A stretch of DNA of 62,345 nucleotides, filler included. It is 7 parts of 7 records of this genome, joined end to end, with 100 filler letters (N's around TTAATTAATTAA, not from the genome) between each part and the next. Parts side by side here need not be neighbours in the genome. Positions count along the whole stretch, not along the records: positions 57,173 to 62,345 come from SRR31156797_30165; 6 more parts are not named here. One strand, 5' to 3'. The translations under genes and the position numbers were made by a program. This document shows positions 61,824-62,345 of this stretch, piece after piece. The notes beneath the pieces are model-generated. The model did no database searches. It had not been told where the DNA came from and saw only the letters and a list, made by a program, of their open reading frames with translations. Each line of letters starts with the position of its first letter. The first letter of the stretch is position 1.

Positions 61824-62345
61824 TCAGTCGATTTCAAGTTCTGATTTGATGAGGGCGACTGCTGTTTGAATCTCTTCTTTGTTTAATTTTCCTTCCTTAA
61901 AAAAGATGACCCGGTCTTCATGGTCAAGGACAATGACGGCGCTCTCTTTTTCCTTAAGTCCCCAGGTTTGGATGGCCAGGCCATCTTCATCCGCGACATA
62001 GCAGGCATAGGGAAATTCTTTTTGACTTTTCTCCAGGCGCATTCCGGCGATTCCCCTGGTTCCCCAGAGGGCATCATCCATGTTGAGGATGGTAATGGTT
62101 TTGTAGGGGGAGTCCGGGAGGGCTTCCGGGAGTCTTGCTTCTATGAGGGCGTCGATATACGGCTCGTTGATCTCATCAATGCCGTCCCGGGCCGCCAGAT
62201 GGTAAATTGTCCTGACCCTGCCGGAAAGTTCTTTACTGTCCCATTTCCGATATGAGATATCTCCATTTTTTTTAAAGACCATCCGGTCTTCCACAATCTC
62301 ATATTCAGGAACCATTACGCCTTTTTCCTTAATAGTGATTTTCGG
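61824..62345 (-). CDS. YtfJ-family protein, 5'-truncated
   Basis: HLAAR, TITILNMDDALWGT, KEFP and WGLKEKESAVIVLD motifs; frame open to window end. Confidence 0.8.
   Translation of the reverse strand, partial: PKITIKEKGVMVPEYEIVEDRMVFKKNGDISYRKWDSKELSGRVRTIYHLAARDGIDEINEPYIDALIEARLPEALPDSPYKTITILNMDDALWGTRGIAGMRLEKSQKEFPYACYVADEDGLAIQTWGLKEKESAVIVLDHEDRVIFFKEGKLNKEEIQTAVALIKSELEID

Overview
The window is seven separate contigs joined by 100-nt spacers (44 N + TTAATTAATTAA + 44 N), so gene neighbourhoods are valid only within a contig. (1) 1-8444 is AT-rich Bacteroidota-type DNA: 5' part of tmRNA, a saccharopine dehydrogenase-like enzyme, rpe, sigma70, rho, an AAA ATPase and partial PFOR. (2) 8545-14830 has mltG plus a cobamide nucleotide-loop operon ending in a CbiR-like gene. 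(3) 14931-27306 has mltF, VOC and His-rich lipoproteins, a nucleoside hydrolase with a HAD/DUF2608-like gene, a Cache hybrid kinase, an attC-flanked 3D-domain gene, and the end of an aryl-polyene/ladderane-like lipid cluster with a B12 radical SAM enzyme. (4) 27407-35255 has FmdE, a TetR-controlled RND pump, OmpA, arfB, NifB/NifX and YchJ. (5) 35356-46795 is the standout: a divergent P1-like phage head/antirestriction module (InPase-Zn finger-PBECR polyvalent protein, DarB, Ulx, portal, prohead protease) with recurring LE/S candidate maturation sites, 8-bp phased arrays, an RHH regulator and an endolysin remnant. Its host cannot be assigned from this window. (6) 46896-57072 has alaS, recA, pgpA, larC, an M20 peptidase, a c-di-GMP two-component module and the 5' end of a probable tRNA-Sec. 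(7) 57173-62345 has a sugar-type SBP, a diguanylate cyclase, an HD-GYP protein, a deletion-fused metal-uptake pseudogene and YtfJ. Contigs 2-4, 6 and 7 resemble Desulfobacterota by gene content (inference). All homology calls are from motif recognition and recall; no searches were run.
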